From Schmidtea polychroa (lineage: Eukaryota), in contig CM097886.1 of NCBI GenBank assembly GCA_044892525.1, positions 110,918,001-110,982,000 of the forward strand: DNA of 64,000 bases. Direction: 5' to 3'. Below, piece after piece: positions 42,580 through 57,185 of this stretch. A program made the position numbers and the translations under genes. Position 1 is the stretch's first letter. Every line of letters starts with the position of its first letter. The notes under the pieces were generated by a model. The model was not told the DNA's origin and made no database searches. It saw only the letters and a list, made by a program, of their open reading frames with translations.

Positions 42580-44297
42580 TTTCTAATGTTACCAACATTT
42601 TTATATTTATGTAATTCCATTAAAATGATATTCATTTTGATTTATTATATTAATACCTAAAATAATTTCATGGTAAATTTAATTCACATTGTAAAAATTT
42701 GCAATTATAATCAATTTTTCGTATTTAATTTCAATATTTCCAAAACCACTTATATTTAATTTGCTCCCATTAACACAATTTATCTTCTATAATTTCCACT
42801 CTTGAAATTAATTTTTATTAGTTCATCTACTCTTTTACTGTATCTAATAAGCAATTGAATTCTATATTATTCATTTTAATCTTAATAAATGGCCTACCAT
42901 CATCATTATTACAGTTAATTAAATTTAAATAATTATCATTAAAATTCTTATTCATTGAAACATTCCTTAACACATGCATACTCTAACAATCTCATATTAG
43001 CCTTATCATTAATGACTTTTGATTCAGAGCTCCAAGCACGCCCTGTGATTGGAGCTTGATAGTTTTTCGACTCGTTATTAAATCGATCCTCCTCCATCAC
43101 CATCCATAGCTGCGTTTGTAATCTCGATCATTGTGTTGATTTCTGTTGATATTTTAGGCTCCAATCCTGTCCCTAACACGTTTATCAATTTTATTATACG
43201 TGTTTTATTTATACTCAATATGTTGTGTACTTTAATTTGTATTATTTAGTGTATAATCATCGATTTTCATTCAACCAGGTACGCTTTAAACTCATTTAAA
43301 CAAGCTCTCAATTTTTTTGTATCTAACCCAACAATAATCGTTTTAATGGAAACGAATATAACAGTATATGTATAATAACTATATATTTTATATTGTTTTA
43401 ATAATATTTTTATGACGAAAATTTGTTGACCTGAGTTTATTTTTATTTTCCAATTCCAATTGAGCTTTTTCTTTAAATCTTGAAGAAAAATTTTAACGCT
43501 ATTTCGATCAGTCATTTCCTCGGATTTTCAATCAGGATGAATAAAATGAAAGGTAAAGGAAGAACCAAAGTACATAAGTAATTGAAATTTATCTTTGACA
43601 TCTGAAATAATTCTTTGAATACGAATATTTTATAATGTTCACTAACTTTAAACATATATGATGTATTTATCATCCAATTTAATCTCTCTGTCGTAAAATA
43701 TAATTTTCCTTCTGTCCTTTCATAAATGTCATGATCAATTAATTTAACAATATTTTCAGTAGATTTTAAGACATTTGACATAACTGGATATATTCAATAA
43801 AAATGCTTTTTAAATAACCTTTGAAATCATCTTTAGAATATTCTAATATTAAAACAAATCACTTAATATAAACGTCGCACAAATATCTAATTTTCAATCC
43901 ACAACAGATATTAAAGATGAACTTATTTGTGTCTGTAATGTAATAGATGGATAGTGTCTATTGCGATTTCTCGTTTTTAATGAAATCTTTATATTTATAA
44001 CTTTAAAAATAATATATTTTAAATATCGAAATTTTAATAAATGGTTTTTGAAATATTTTATTCAACGCTGAAAATTTGTTTGGAAATTATACAATATTTC
44101 ATTAAATAAATACATGGAATTATTACGTTAACTTTTGAACCGGATTTAAAAAATAATTTAGAAGATGTTTTAGCAGCTTCTAATATTAATGATATTTAAT
44201 TTTTTTTAATTAAATTTTATTAAATAAAAAGATTTTAAAATAAAAAAGTTAAGCGAAAATAAAAATTTATTTAAATATACAAATTTCAAACAACCAA

Positions 44298-47200
44298 TTA
44301 AATTCCTACCAAGCATCTAATAACAATCGAATTATTAGAGAGAAGTCTTTTATTATTAAATACAACATTCAACTTGACGAATTCAGAAGAACCAAGGCCG
44401 CTATTTATTTCAGTGGTCGGTTGCAAAAATACCGCTTTCTCCGCTTTATTGCACGAATAATAGCTATATTCATCGGAAGAAAAAACGGTTTCGGTTTTCT
44501 GATCAATCAATTGAAGAGAAATTTGATGCATCATCGGCCAAGGCAAGATGTTATCGTAGTCACCCTTTTTAATACAGAAATACAGCGACAAAAATCTACC
44601 GGAAGCCGGGTTGACTCCTATTGGATAAAGTTTAAGACAGATTTTGTAGCCCTTTGGATAAGAATAAAACGACTCGCTGAAAATGAAAGTGTTAACTCCT
44701 TCTCTGGCTTTTGTTACCTTTTCCGACAATTCAGTTATCTTCCACTCAAAAGGCGCGTACTGATTATTTTCAAAAACGATCGATTCAACAGAGTTGAGCT
44801 CAAAACAATTGACTAAGTCATGTTTGGTTTTATGAATTTTCGACGCGTGCACGGTTTCGGGTTGCGATGAAAGAGCTAGTAATTTTTGTTCGAGTTTTTC
44901 CTAAATATATATTTATGGTTATTTTCCGGGCATAATGCCCCACCTGATTGGTTTCAGATTGCAGATAATATTCTTCCAATTGAGTCAATCTTTCGTCGAT
45001 TTCCCGGTTTTTACGGTCGGTTTTCACTTTTATTTCTTCGAGAGACTGCTGGAGCTTCCTTATTATTAACTAAAACAGTTGTAATCAGAAACTTATCGAG
45101 GAAATAATAATCAACATTAAAGGAGGAAGATAAGGGAGAGACGATTTTTATCTTATTGGCAGAAAGTAATATTAAAGAATTTGAAGAACAGAATTATATA
45201 AGATGTCGGATTTTGAAAGAATTGATTTATTAGCTAGAATTCAGATCAAGAATAACTATAAGAACACCTAAGGTTAATAACAAAGGATGTTATATTTTTA
45301 TAAATGATCGAAGTGTCCTCAAATTTTAATATTTTGCGGTTACCATGTTAGTTCCAGAAGTGTGTAAGACATTAGTTAAGAAAGCGTTAGGAAATTATAG
45401 AGAACAGATTACCGATAAATATAAGTCAAAATGTAGCGAAAAAGAATTAAAAAGCAGATAAATGAGTTTTTAAATACGTATATTTGCTTACCTATTTTAT
45501 GTGAATCTGAAAATTATAAAGAATTTCGTGAAACCCGAAAAGAAAAAGTATGAAGAGTGAAAGATTAAAATTAAACATTTTCCATAATTTAGAGCACATA
45601 AATATAATTAAATTATATTGAGAAAAATTGAACTGACCTACTTCAAACGAGGACAATAATTATGGGTGACCGGCATAAAAACAGGTTCATTTACACCGAA
45701 GGGTACAAATTACGGTACGTTTAGGGATAAATTAAGATTCAGTATAAAATAAATATTTTTATATTGAAAAATGACCAAACTTACTAACAAAAGGGAGAAC
45801 CACATTGGTATTTTGTGGTATTAAATATGAACGAGGATTTTAATGCGCTTTGGATTTGGGAAAGTTTTCTGATTCCAAAATATTCTTGATTAGAAAATTT
45901 AGTGTCTTTGTTTTAATTTTATAAAAATATCCCTCTTCGAAAAATATTCTTTAAAATGTTATGATTGAAAATCAATGTCTAATATGACCATCATGGTTTC
46001 CTCGGTTGAAAATTGTATTTACTATATAACGGAGTTGAAGCAAATATTACAATTCATTTTGGGATGGATTAATATTATTTACTTTAAACACTGAGAGACT
46101 CGCATTAATTTTACATATTTAAAATTAATAAATAATATTAAAGATTATTAAAATCGATCTTATTAATCTTATTATTAATCTTATTATTAATCTTATTAAT
46201 AATTTTATTAATAATTTTATTAATAAATTAGAAAGCTTCTCATAATTTAATTAAGTAATAAATTCAATTTTAGTGAACTAGTTAGCTTTTGATAATTCTC
46301 TAAATCAATAAATGCTTAAAATTTTAATGTTATAGAAAAATTTATACCGTATCAAGGAACCTAAATATATTAGATAACTATAGTGAATATCACTGGTAAA
46401 ATCGAAAATTTTTAAAATCGATAATGACCAAAAATGTAATTTACGACATCGTGTTACAAAATATAATAAATATTAATAATTGCCTTTTTATTAAATTTAA
46501 ACAAGTGTAGAATATTACGTAATAAAACAAAGACAAAATCCCAATGAAACAATACTAACAAGTATTGTGTAATTAATATAATTTTATATTCACATTTTAT
46601 TTTGTTATCAAGATCGACTTGGAATTTTTTTATATATTACGTCATTACATTCATATTCAAAAATAAACTATTATATCATGCATAAATTAAACAAAGTGTA
46701 ATTTTGTCACTGTGATAAATGAATATAAAAAATTGCTAGAGCAATCTATTTAAACAAAAAAATAAGCGGTTACGTCATCAAACTCGATTAAAACAATGTT
46801 GAATGTTATGTGATTTAATTTGATTAAAAATAAAAATATATTACGTCACTTAAGTCCATTAAAACAAAAGATAAATTGTTACTTGATTAATATAAACTTA
46901 AACAGAAATGTTGAATGTTACGTCATTTAATTTGATTAAAAATATAAATATTACATAATAACTTAAATAAAAAATTTAAATATTACGTCATTTAATTCAA
47001 TTAAACCAAAAAATTAATTAATATTACTAAATTTAATTTAAACGTTGATATCAATTTAAAAATATTAACTATTGCGTCATAAATGTAATTATAATAAAGG
47101 TATTAGTAATTTAAACAAAACATAATAAATTTAAAAATAAATTAAATTTGACAAATAAATATTGGTTTAAAAAGTGTAAATATTATTTTAATCATTTAAT

Positions 47201-49328
47201 TAATTTAAACGAAAAATTAAATTAAAAAAAATATTTAGCTTAATTTAAACAAAAGATTAAACTTTTTTTGTACAAGACCAAAAAATCAGCGGGACACAGT
47301 CCTCAATGCCACTTACTCATTTATTACGTAATTTCAACCATCCCTAGTGAAATACACAAATGAATCGATGCCTTAGGCTCAAATTTATCGACTATTGAAT
47401 AACGAGAAAGTTCAATTGCTAAGTTGGTAGTCGCAAAGCCCAATCAGTGTAAATGTAATAATCTCTCGCAATTAATTGGTAATGGACGATAAACTCTGAT
47501 AGCGTCCAAATTTATAATAAACATATGAAAATTTCCAAAAATTTCAAATGAACAAACTTGATTTTTTCTATCGTTTTCTGCACTGATCATTAATTTTTCC
47601 TGGGTCTGTCTCAGTTCTTCCGCCGTTTTATCATTTATTGCTTTCAAATTTTCAACTGCATTATTTTGTTTCCATCTTATCTCCTCTATGGACGATTGAA
47701 CGTTTAGGAACTTTTCCTGAATCGGTGGACACAAATACAACAAATACACGTGAGATTTATTTCATTATGATTACAATACCAGTAGATCGTGTTGGAAATA
47801 TCAAAAAAGCAAACATTACTTCATTATTCTCTACCCAAGAATTAATTGATTGTTTGGTGTAGTAAAATTTATTGATAATAATAATATTTCGGATCAATTT
47901 CGTAATTTAAATTTTTGCAAGGTCAATTTCGTATATTGAAAGATTAAATTCGATTTTTAGAAAGTCAATTTCGTAATAAAAAATACAAGAATCTAAATGT
48001 TTTATTTGGGAAAAAATAAATACATAATAAATCAATAAATAATTTAAACACTCAATTAAAAGGCAGATTTTCCATGGCAACTACCGTTTTCCCTCGAATA
48101 AAAGGACTGGCCCTTCCTTTCAAATAAAAGGACCACTGGACCGTTTAATTTGAAAAGAAAGACCGGTCATTTTATTCGAGGGAAGTCCAACAACTTATAT
48201 ATTATTTTATTGGAATTAGAAGCTGTTTCAATACATGAAAAATGGGAAATAAACTTAATAGAACTAAATGAAGAATATGCCAAAATAAATGAAGTTCTTT
48301 ATGAAGCGGAAAATAGTTTTAAAAAATTAACTTTTGTAAGTTGCCAAGAATGCTATGGGTATAAACTTTAAATTTAAAGTTCTATTTTATAACAATGGTT
48401 ATGTTATTCTTCTTTATTTTGTTATATAATATTATTTTTTTATTGTTTATATGTTACATAGTTTGTATCTTGTAGCGTTATTTCAATATAAATTCTTATT
48501 TATTCATTAATTTCGGATAACGTAATTATATCTAAAATATGTTATAAGTTTAAACCTTATGTCCATATAGGTACTTAAAGTGCAAAATAGTATGAACAAT
48601 TTTAGTTTTGAGTGAAATATGGAGTTTCAAAAAACATGTTTTTATTGGTTGATTTTTTTAAAAATAAACTTTGATAAAACCTAATATAAAAAACCAATAA
48701 TTTCACATTAATGCAATGTAAATTTCCATGAGTAAAAACACTCAAAATATACGGTTGACATTACTATAATCCAATAATTAAGGGGAATGTTTTTAATTAA
48801 GTTTTTGTATGTTGATGTATATTGAATAATAGTTATGTTAAATAATTAAAAAAATAATTAAAATAATATTTTTAATAATTTTAAAAGTTTAAATATAATT
48901 GATTGTTGAAAATTATTTATAATTTAAAATTTATAGATTTTATAATTTGTTCATATATTATCAATGATAGTGATGCTATCAAAATATATAGTGAAAAAGA
49001 TGTACGAATGGCGATTTTTATTAATAAAATCTTTACCGTGTTTATTTAAGTATTATTTTTTAATTAAATTATATTAATTACAAGACTTTGCTAAATAATA
49101 TACAAATGTTCATGTTTTACTTAAATTGCATATGAATTTGGCAATCGTTATTTCACATATCCGTGTATTTCTAACTAATACATATAAATGTCTTAATATT
49201 TTGCTAAATGATAATAATTTCTGAAATTGATAAGGATTATTTTTATATTATGTATCGACATATTTTTCATTTTATTCAATATATAATTTGCAGCAAAAGA
49301 CATATATTATCATTTACTTGTAATAATA

Positions 49329-49360
<32 letters not shown>

Positions 49361-51570
49361 GTATAAAGTGATGATTTTCTGGTAACCGCATTAATTAATT
49401 GTTTAATAATAATAACCTTCGACCCCAATAATTAAAATGGGTGGACTAGAGTAAGTAATGACCTACATTTTGAAATTTTTTTAAAAAATTTCTCAAATCC
49501 CAATTAAACAATTTCGATTACAATTATATCTAAATTCAATAATATTTGACAAAAAAATATTGCATTAAATATCTTGCAAAATTTTAATTATTTCAACATA
49601 TTTGCCAGCTATTATTCGAATTGTTAGTTTGTACAGTTTTGAATAAAACTTAATCTGGAAATATTAACTTTTGTAAGTTGCCAAGAATACTATGGGTATA
49701 AACTTTAAATTTAAAGTTCTATTTTATAACAATGTAACTTTATTTTGTTATATAATATTATTTTTTTATTTTTTATATTGTTAGGGATAGGCCTGGAGCC
49801 TTGATTGTAAAACAATAAAAAATTACTATATTTAGAAATAGTGTAAATAAAAATAATAAATAATTACTTAAAATAAAATATAGGTTTAATTAATTACTAT
49901 AAATAGAAATAAGTTGTATATAGTAATATTTAATTATACTGATACTATAAACAATATACATATCGTATGTGTATTGTATGTATTGATTGTTGTGTTAAAT
50001 TAAATAATTAAAAAAAAAATTTTAAATTATTAAATTAAATTTTAAATGTTAAAATTTAAAAAAAAGTAATATATTTTTTTATAAAATGAAAAAAAATTTT
50101 TATATATAATTAAATTTGTTTAAAATCCTAAATTTAATGAGTTATTATATCCAACCTGATGATGACAGGAAAACTGTCGAAATTAATCGCGAAAAGAATG
50201 TTTGATTGGCGTTATCTTATAATTTTAATTGAGTGTTTAAATTATTTATTATGTATTTATTTTCCCCCTAAATTGAACATTTTCATGCTTGTATTTTTTT
50301 ATTACGAAATTGACTTTCTAAAAAACGAATTTTTGATCTTTCAATATACGAAATTGAGGTTTAAAATTACGAAATTGACTAGAAAAATAATAATCATTTA
50401 GTTATATATTTACTAATGCAATTTTAATTTGAGAATTGAACTATTTATTAATATTAAATCAATTTCTTAATTAGGTTCTTAATTTGGTAGGCTCCACAAG
50501 TTCATCTGAAACTTAATATAACGATTATTATACATTAATATAAAAACTCGATGATTAATATTTTATCAGTGTCTTTGATTATATTTGATTAATTTTGGAA
50601 TTTTTTTGATGAGATCGAGATAACCGGAAAGTACCCCTAATTATTATTGTTATCTTATTACGATATTAGAATTCTAGATTATAATTTATCAGATTTTAAA
50701 CTTAAATTTTTATAGCTGTATTGTTTAATTTTAATGAAATTAATTATTTATCAATCTGTATTTTAAAATGCAATAATAATTTGGAAATTGATTAATTTAT
50801 TAATATTAAATCAATTCACAAATTACTATTAAAATATATAATTTACACATTTTATGACAATATTGGCATTCCAGATTATAATTTATCAAATTTTACAGTG
50901 AAATAACAATTTGGGAAAATGGGGAAAACTATATATCATTAGATAGAGAAAAGTGAATTTTCAAATAACATTAGGAGCGATGCTAAAATTTATAAACAAA
51001 CTGATGATAATTTCCAACAGGTCAAATATTTAATATTCTTACTTGGGATTCGTCTAGTTCTTTCTGTAATTGTTCCACTTTTTCGTTTAAGAACCTAATA
51101 CGATCTGTAAGCAAATTCACATGAGAACTCGGATAGTTTTCAGTGTGTGTTTCCTCAACGAAACGATTATCATAAAATGCATATGATTGCGGTTGAAATT
51201 TGTGCAATTTAACGTGATTAACCATATATTTTAATTCAATTAAAACATCACACGGAGATATCGGGCATTGGACGACAATATTTGCAACAGTTCTATTTGC
51301 AGTGTGGTCGATTTGTAAATCGGAATTGTTATCAATAAATCTCTGACTGCATTCTTTTGTCGGTCCCGGACAATGTTTTTCATCTTTGTGAATGAAATTA
51401 ATAATACACTCGTAACAATAGCGGCATCCACATTTATTCTGATGGGCGTTTTTGAGTAATCCACGACAGATTATACATATAAATTCCTCGTGCTTAGCGA
51501 TTTCAATTACAAATTGATATTTTCGTAAAAGTTTCCAAACGTCCTCATATTTTAGACCAATAATTTCCAT
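44298..51570 (-). CDS. TRAF: TRAF-like gene A; exons ~51570-51043, 47716-47558, ~45050-44944, 44900-44298
   Basis: RING CIIC..CGCRYCYEC..CP, Zn finger CPISPC..H..H, coiled coil, MATH FEWKI...FYSYPKGYKICLKLYP.G...LSLYF..KG.YD..LPWP. GT-AG phase-0 junctions; third acceptor ambiguous (45054/45048/45045); start uncertain. Confidence 0.82.
48084..48184. mobile_element. ~100-bp pogo-like mini-MITE
   Basis: TA|CCGTTTTCCCTCGAATAAAAGGAC ... GTCATTTTATTCGAGGGAA (right end clipped). Confidence 0.5.
48787..49425 (+). mobile_element. Penelope-like tail, inverted near-identical copy of 24806-25512
   Basis: Reverse-complement match from the ORF end (AATGTTTTTAATTAA) to AACCTTCGACCCC; hammerhead core deleted (48964-48993). 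Confidence 0.85.
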
Positions 51571-52356
51571 CTCAAATCTACAAATTTGTGATTTCAATAA
51601 AAGGTTAACAAAATTCGCCACTAATTATCAAAAGTAACTAGTCTTCATATATTTTTTATGAATAAATATTATAATAACAAAAAAATTTAAATATTAATAA
51701 TAATCATCTAGTTTTCAAATTGTATTTATAAATAGTTTTCCTAGAAATTCAAAGATGAAACACTATTACTTTTATAATTAAATTAAAAGATGAAGTTAAC
51801 TTACATTTACTTACAGTTAAAGCTTAATATATCAAAAAATCCAATAATTTTGTAATAATAAATAATATCGTAATCTATAATAATATTAAATTAAATATTA
51901 AAAATATTAAAATAAATAAATTTGATTTACTTTTTAAGACCAATAAGTATTCCAATTAGATTATTCAAACATAAAATTCAGTAAAGTAAGCTATATACTC
52001 AGTCAGTTTTAAATTAAGAAAAATTCGTCAAGTTAAAAAAATATATTATTTAAATAAATATGTTTATTTAAACACAAAACAGAATGGCGTTTTATTTTGC
52101 AATGAGAATCTATTTTTAATTATTAATATAAATAAATTATATTATAATTATATTCATGCTAAAACAATAAAATGTTAATTTAAGCCTTTTGCTGCAAATA
52201 ATGTATTTAATGAAAAAATTTTCGACAATAAAATAGTCCTTGTCAAAGATTGACAGGGTTAACATTCCTTAATTAACATTCCTAATTATGATTTTCATAA
52301 ATGTTGATATTTCCAATTTAAAAATAATAAGTAATCGGTTTATTCCAGAGTAATAT

Positions 52357-53212
52357 TAGGCTTGCCAACTCACCCGTTTTTGTCGGGAGTCTACCGGAAT
52401 CGGCTTTCGTCTCCCGGTTAACTATGACCCGGGATGATATAAATCTCCCGTCTTTCCGTTTTTTACAATATTTTACAATTTTTCCAAGACTCTAAAAAAA
52501 CCAAGAAAAGAAAATTAAAAAATTAATTTATAAATATAAAACAAATATAAAAAAATTATGTTTAAATTACATCTTCTGAAGTAGTGTTACACTGGAAAAT
52601 TGATAAGACTATTGTATTTTTGAAAAAGCAATAGTGTTAAAGTAGGTAGAGATATATTAGTTCGTTACGCCTCCGGCCATTAATGTTAATATGTTACCTC
52701 TTCATTGAAACAAATCGTGAAAAGTTTCATAAATTCGAATGACGACCTAATTTTTATTTCTGACGTAGATATTTGGACCCTAAATTCATTTACTATATGG
52801 TTTCCATGATAATCAGTCATTACTTCTGTGACCTAATTATTAATTCATATTTTTCTATTCGGGAATAGACAACTGACAATACACAACTATCCTGACAGCT
52901 TGGAAAGTTCACTTAATGCAATTCATTTTTATATATTTTTTAATATGTTGATTATGTCTCTGATAATATGCAAAAGATAGTTATTGAGTTCTATAATTTG
53001 AGTGAACATCAAAAGCTTTTCCTTTGTGTATGCATGCTGTGCTTCGGCCCAGGTTCAATTTATCAGAGTTGAATTTAGTTCGGACATGCGTTATTTTAGT
53101 TAGGTTTTCGATGAATTGAGATTTTGTTTTAAAAGGATGGCACATTTTACTAATTTGAATAATTCATTTGACTTTGTTTTGGAATTTTTGGTCTATTTTA
53201 GTTGGCGACCTG
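52357..53212 (+). mobile_element. Possible hAT MITE
   Basis: Left end TAGGCTTGCCAAC, imperfect right end GTTGGCGACCTG. No TSD seen. Confidence 0.4.
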
Positions 53213-55742
53213 TTTATTTATTAAAATTAAGTCAAATGGATCAAGTTGTTTTGAGCCATCAAATTGTGTGATGCAGCATCATTAAATTACGAGCAATCAT
53301 TGTCAATTTAATTTGGAAAATATATCGAAGTTGAATTTCAACAATGAACGTGTAGAATCAAAGCGGTCACAGTGAGACTTATCGATTCGTCAGAACCAAC
53401 ATTTTTATTGCAATTGCAGAATTTTATAAATTATAGATTGTACGAATTAGAATACAAATATACGTTGAGCATTGTTTGTTAAATTGATTTTTTATAACAA
53501 GAGGAGTCAGAAACACTGATTTTAATATTTATTTAATTGAAAACTCAACATAATTTTTAATATGAATTCATGTGATTTATTTTTATTATTTCAATATAAC
53601 CCCTTCTGCTACGCTACAACTTGAATATTCATTTTAATTTATAACAATCCGAACAACAAAACAAAAAATATAACAATATTTTATTACATATTCTGATTTA
53701 TCAAGATTCCTCTAACTAATTATCAAATATATAATATTCATCATCATTTATTAGATCAAATACTAAAATCAAATCGGAAATCACNNNNNNNNNNNNNNNN
53801 NNNNNNNNNNNNNNNNNNNNNNNNNNNNNNNNNNNNNNNNNNNNNNNNNNNNNNNNNNNNNNNNNNNNNNNNNNNNNNNNNNNNNNNNNNNNNNNNNNNN
53901 NNNNNNNNNNNNNCTGTGACCAAGAGTCGAATTACAAGAAACAATGTCTAATCTACCAAAAATTACAAATGAAATTCAATGCAACAACTCATGAATTTAC
54001 AAGTTGTAAAGAAAAGAAATCAAGTCCAAATTTGTCCACATGGGCACCAGGTCAACTACGAGAAGGGATGTTTGGTGTACTTTTACCGCCGCCTGATGGG
54101 CGTCTGAAACATGGAATAAATATGCTGTTAATATCTTATATACGAAAATTACAAATTATAAAATTATTAACAAAACAAATTGAGAAATATAACATAATAT
54201 AGCAAAAAATGTTAAATTGTGAAATCCTCATAAATAATGCTCCAAAAGGATATCAAAATAAAATTGACATTTCAAAATTCCAAATGAGAGCACAGAAGTA
54301 GTCCACCAAAATCGAGAAAGTTATAACTTAAAAAGTTTATACTTATAAAATTTTGAGGATTCTAACACACAAAATTTGTCAAGGTTAATGGAAAGAGTTT
54401 ATTAGTACCAATGTCTTTTCTTGGCTTTACCCACACTTTACTTGACTATGAGAACTGGGAATTTATAATGAAATATGTAAAAACAAATGGCATTGGTAAA
54501 CAATTAAATGATAATTTAAGCCTTTTGCTGCGAAGTATATATTTAATAAAATGAAAAAATTTTTAACTATAAAAATAGTCTTTTTTTATTAACATTGGTA
54601 TATTATTATTATTAAGTTAAACCATTAAACACGGTTAATATATCCAACATTATTAAATTCTCTCTATACTTTTGTTGCTTGTAAACTGCGTGATAGTAAT
54701 TATCCTAAATCCAGAATCTGTAGTGATTGAGTATGTCAAATTCAGTTCCAAAATGAAATTTCAAAATTCGGAGAACCTCCAAGTCAATTATGGAAGGTGC
54801 GAAAATACGGGTCGAGAGAGTTAGCAGAGAGCGACTATGTACCTTTTCTAAATCTTACTTAAAAGTCTTTGTTATTACAGTTATATATGTTAGGAGCTTT
54901 GAGATATTAGCATTGTCAAATTGAAAGAATGTATTATCTGCAGAAATTACAAAAGATTCATTCCGATTGGTAGAAAATTGATAGGTATTGGAATAGGGTC
55001 TAACTAATTCTCTGTCAAATATTTGAAAATGTAATTCCTTTCACGTAAATAAATATTCCCGGCCACAGCAACTAAGTAGCATGTTTGGGTTCCATGTCAA
55101 TTGTCTGTTTGAAGTAATAATTGAGGACAAAAATTTAATAATGTCAATGACGTCTTACTGTTTGTTCACACCAAAGTCTTAATCGCAATCACAAACCTTC
55201 ATTTAATAGGTAAAATTACATTTTATTTGCTGAAATCCCTTTCTGCATCCGTTGAATCTCTTGGTATTGTCTACAGTCAGTTGACAATAGACGCATGCAA
55301 GAGATTTTATACCACCATTCTAATGTCATTTTCATTGAGTCATGCCAAATAATATTCTTATTCATTTTTATTGGTTTGATGCACCTTTTAAACATACTGT
55401 AGTTCAAAATCAAAATCCTCACCTTCCAAAATCATACAAAAGTTGATTATAATAAAAGTCAAGAATGTAAAGAAACACTCTGCCATGAATGATTGAAGTG
55501 TGGGTAATAGAAAGAAAGCAAACAAATTTTTATTAAGATAATATTTATTTGTAAGTTTACAAAAACATATTGCTTTTCTTCTATTTTTGTTTCAAGCAGT
55601 GCACATTTACCAAACAAAAATCAAAAGATTGATCTAATCTGAAAAAAATGGAAATACAGTAAAACCTCGATTTGTATTTTCAATTGGTATCAAAGATCGC
55701 CGACGCAAATCGGAATATTTATAACAAATTATTTAAGTTTTC

Positions 55743-56110
55743 GGTACTTCTGTGTTATCTTACCCCCAAAAATTAAATTATAAAATACAATTAAAATAAC
55801 AATATAAAAAAATGAGAGAATACATTAATGATAACGTTATTGAACATTATTGAACATGAATTTATTAAGGCTATCTGTGATTTATGTGATTATGTGAGTT
55901 TATGTGGCGCAAACGTGTTCTAAACAACAGTGCCGATGTGTTCGACACTATTCTCAACGACATTGTGGTTTTCTGGCCACCTGGATGACCATTTACAAAC
56001 TCTTTACAAACATTTGCTGAGTTTGTAACTGTGATTTAGAAAATATATATAATAATTATATGTGTTCTTTTTTAATTTAATTTTTGGGGGTAAGATAACA
56101 CGGAAGTACC
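55743..56110. mobile_element. Merlin-type MITE (368 bp)
   Basis: 37-bp TIR starting GGTACTTC (1 mismatch) and a perfect 8-bp TSD AAGTTTTC. Superfamily inferred from GG termini and the 8-bp TSD. Confidence 0.8.
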
Positions 56111-57185
56111 AAGTTTTCCTTTAATTCATTATTATAAAATAATAATATCATGAAGGTTGACCAAAGTTCATTGAATAACAATTGAAATTGACATTAATAA
56201 TTCTGTCAATATCCACAGGCTTCTCCTTAGATTTAAAGCATCTTAAAATTTGTAATTTTAATTCTAAATTAATCTGCTTACGCTTTTTATTTTCATTCAT
56301 TGTTAGGTTTGAATAAAACACACGGTATTAAATTATAATGCAAAGAAAAAAACAAAAAGATTGATTTAACTAACGGCTGTGATGAATGAATTAACCATGC
56401 ACAATTTTTTACTTTCCTTATAAAATCTTTCAATGTATAATAATTATATAATCTCATTTACAAAAGGTTTACATTTATATATTATCTTTATTGTGCAGTT
56501 AGAGACAAGCGCATTAATTAAATATTCCATTTAATAAATTTAAATTTTTAGGTAACTTAAACAAAAAATATATATTTATTAATAAATTTATAATGCCAAT
56601 AATTAGAGATTTTTGCATTTGTTATAGAACTTGGTTTATTGAAATTTTTTATTATTTATCAAATGAGGTTATTCTAAAATTCCTGCTTATGGGCCATTTG
56701 TATGGCCTAGCTAAGCAGTGGTGTATTGAGGGGTAACGAGGCGCAATGACGTTCCAATACTTTTTTTAGTAGTCACTTTTTAAATTTCAAATGAAAATTA
56801 TATTTTAAATTAGCGAATTTGCAAAAACATTTCAAAAAATATGTTTATTAATAGAGAATTTATCTTGCTTTTTTGTGCCGTGTTTCTTTTTCTCTTTTAA
56901 ATCAAATAAACATCATGTATTCTGTGTTGGATATTCTACATTCTATACTACCAAATTATAAACTTCAACAATAGTGCGAATGCGCAGGTCTGTGGAATTT
57001 CGAATCTCGTCAATGACTATTTCAATGTGAATTGTGCCAGTAACCAGTAACCAGTTAGTCTGTGCCAGTAACATTGTTGTTTAGATTGTGTTATTCTGTA
57101 TAACGCCTACGTTGTTTGGTAGTTTGTGGTTTCTATTTCCATTGTAAATTATAAGGTAGTTGAATTATTTTTAATTTTGAATTAA

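Larger units (their letters stand above)
37500..43100 (-). mobile_element. Highly degenerate Ty3/Gypsy pol (PR-RT-RH-IN) with nested insertions
   Basis: PR (GRPFIKI..CLLDT, ~42840-42900), RT (LDDIVIFS..EH..KC.F...KFLGH, 40685-40897), RH (TDHKAI..YRKG..NADALS, ~38690-38800), IN (CEICQK..IDFCG..IDHFSKY, 38107-38358). Confidence 0.85.
47875..50395. mobile_element. Possible 2.5-kb non-autonomous element with ~110-bp imperfect inverted ends
   Basis: 47890-47990 is the reverse complement of 50290-50385 (repeated CAATTTCGTA motif). No TSD found. Confidence 0.45.

Noticed and set aside
44421-44816. 131-aa plus-strand ORF
   Set aside because: Antisense shadow of the MATH exon.
55216-55422. 68-aa minus-strand ORF as a host exon
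   Set aside because: No recognisable motif and no convincing splice-site pair.
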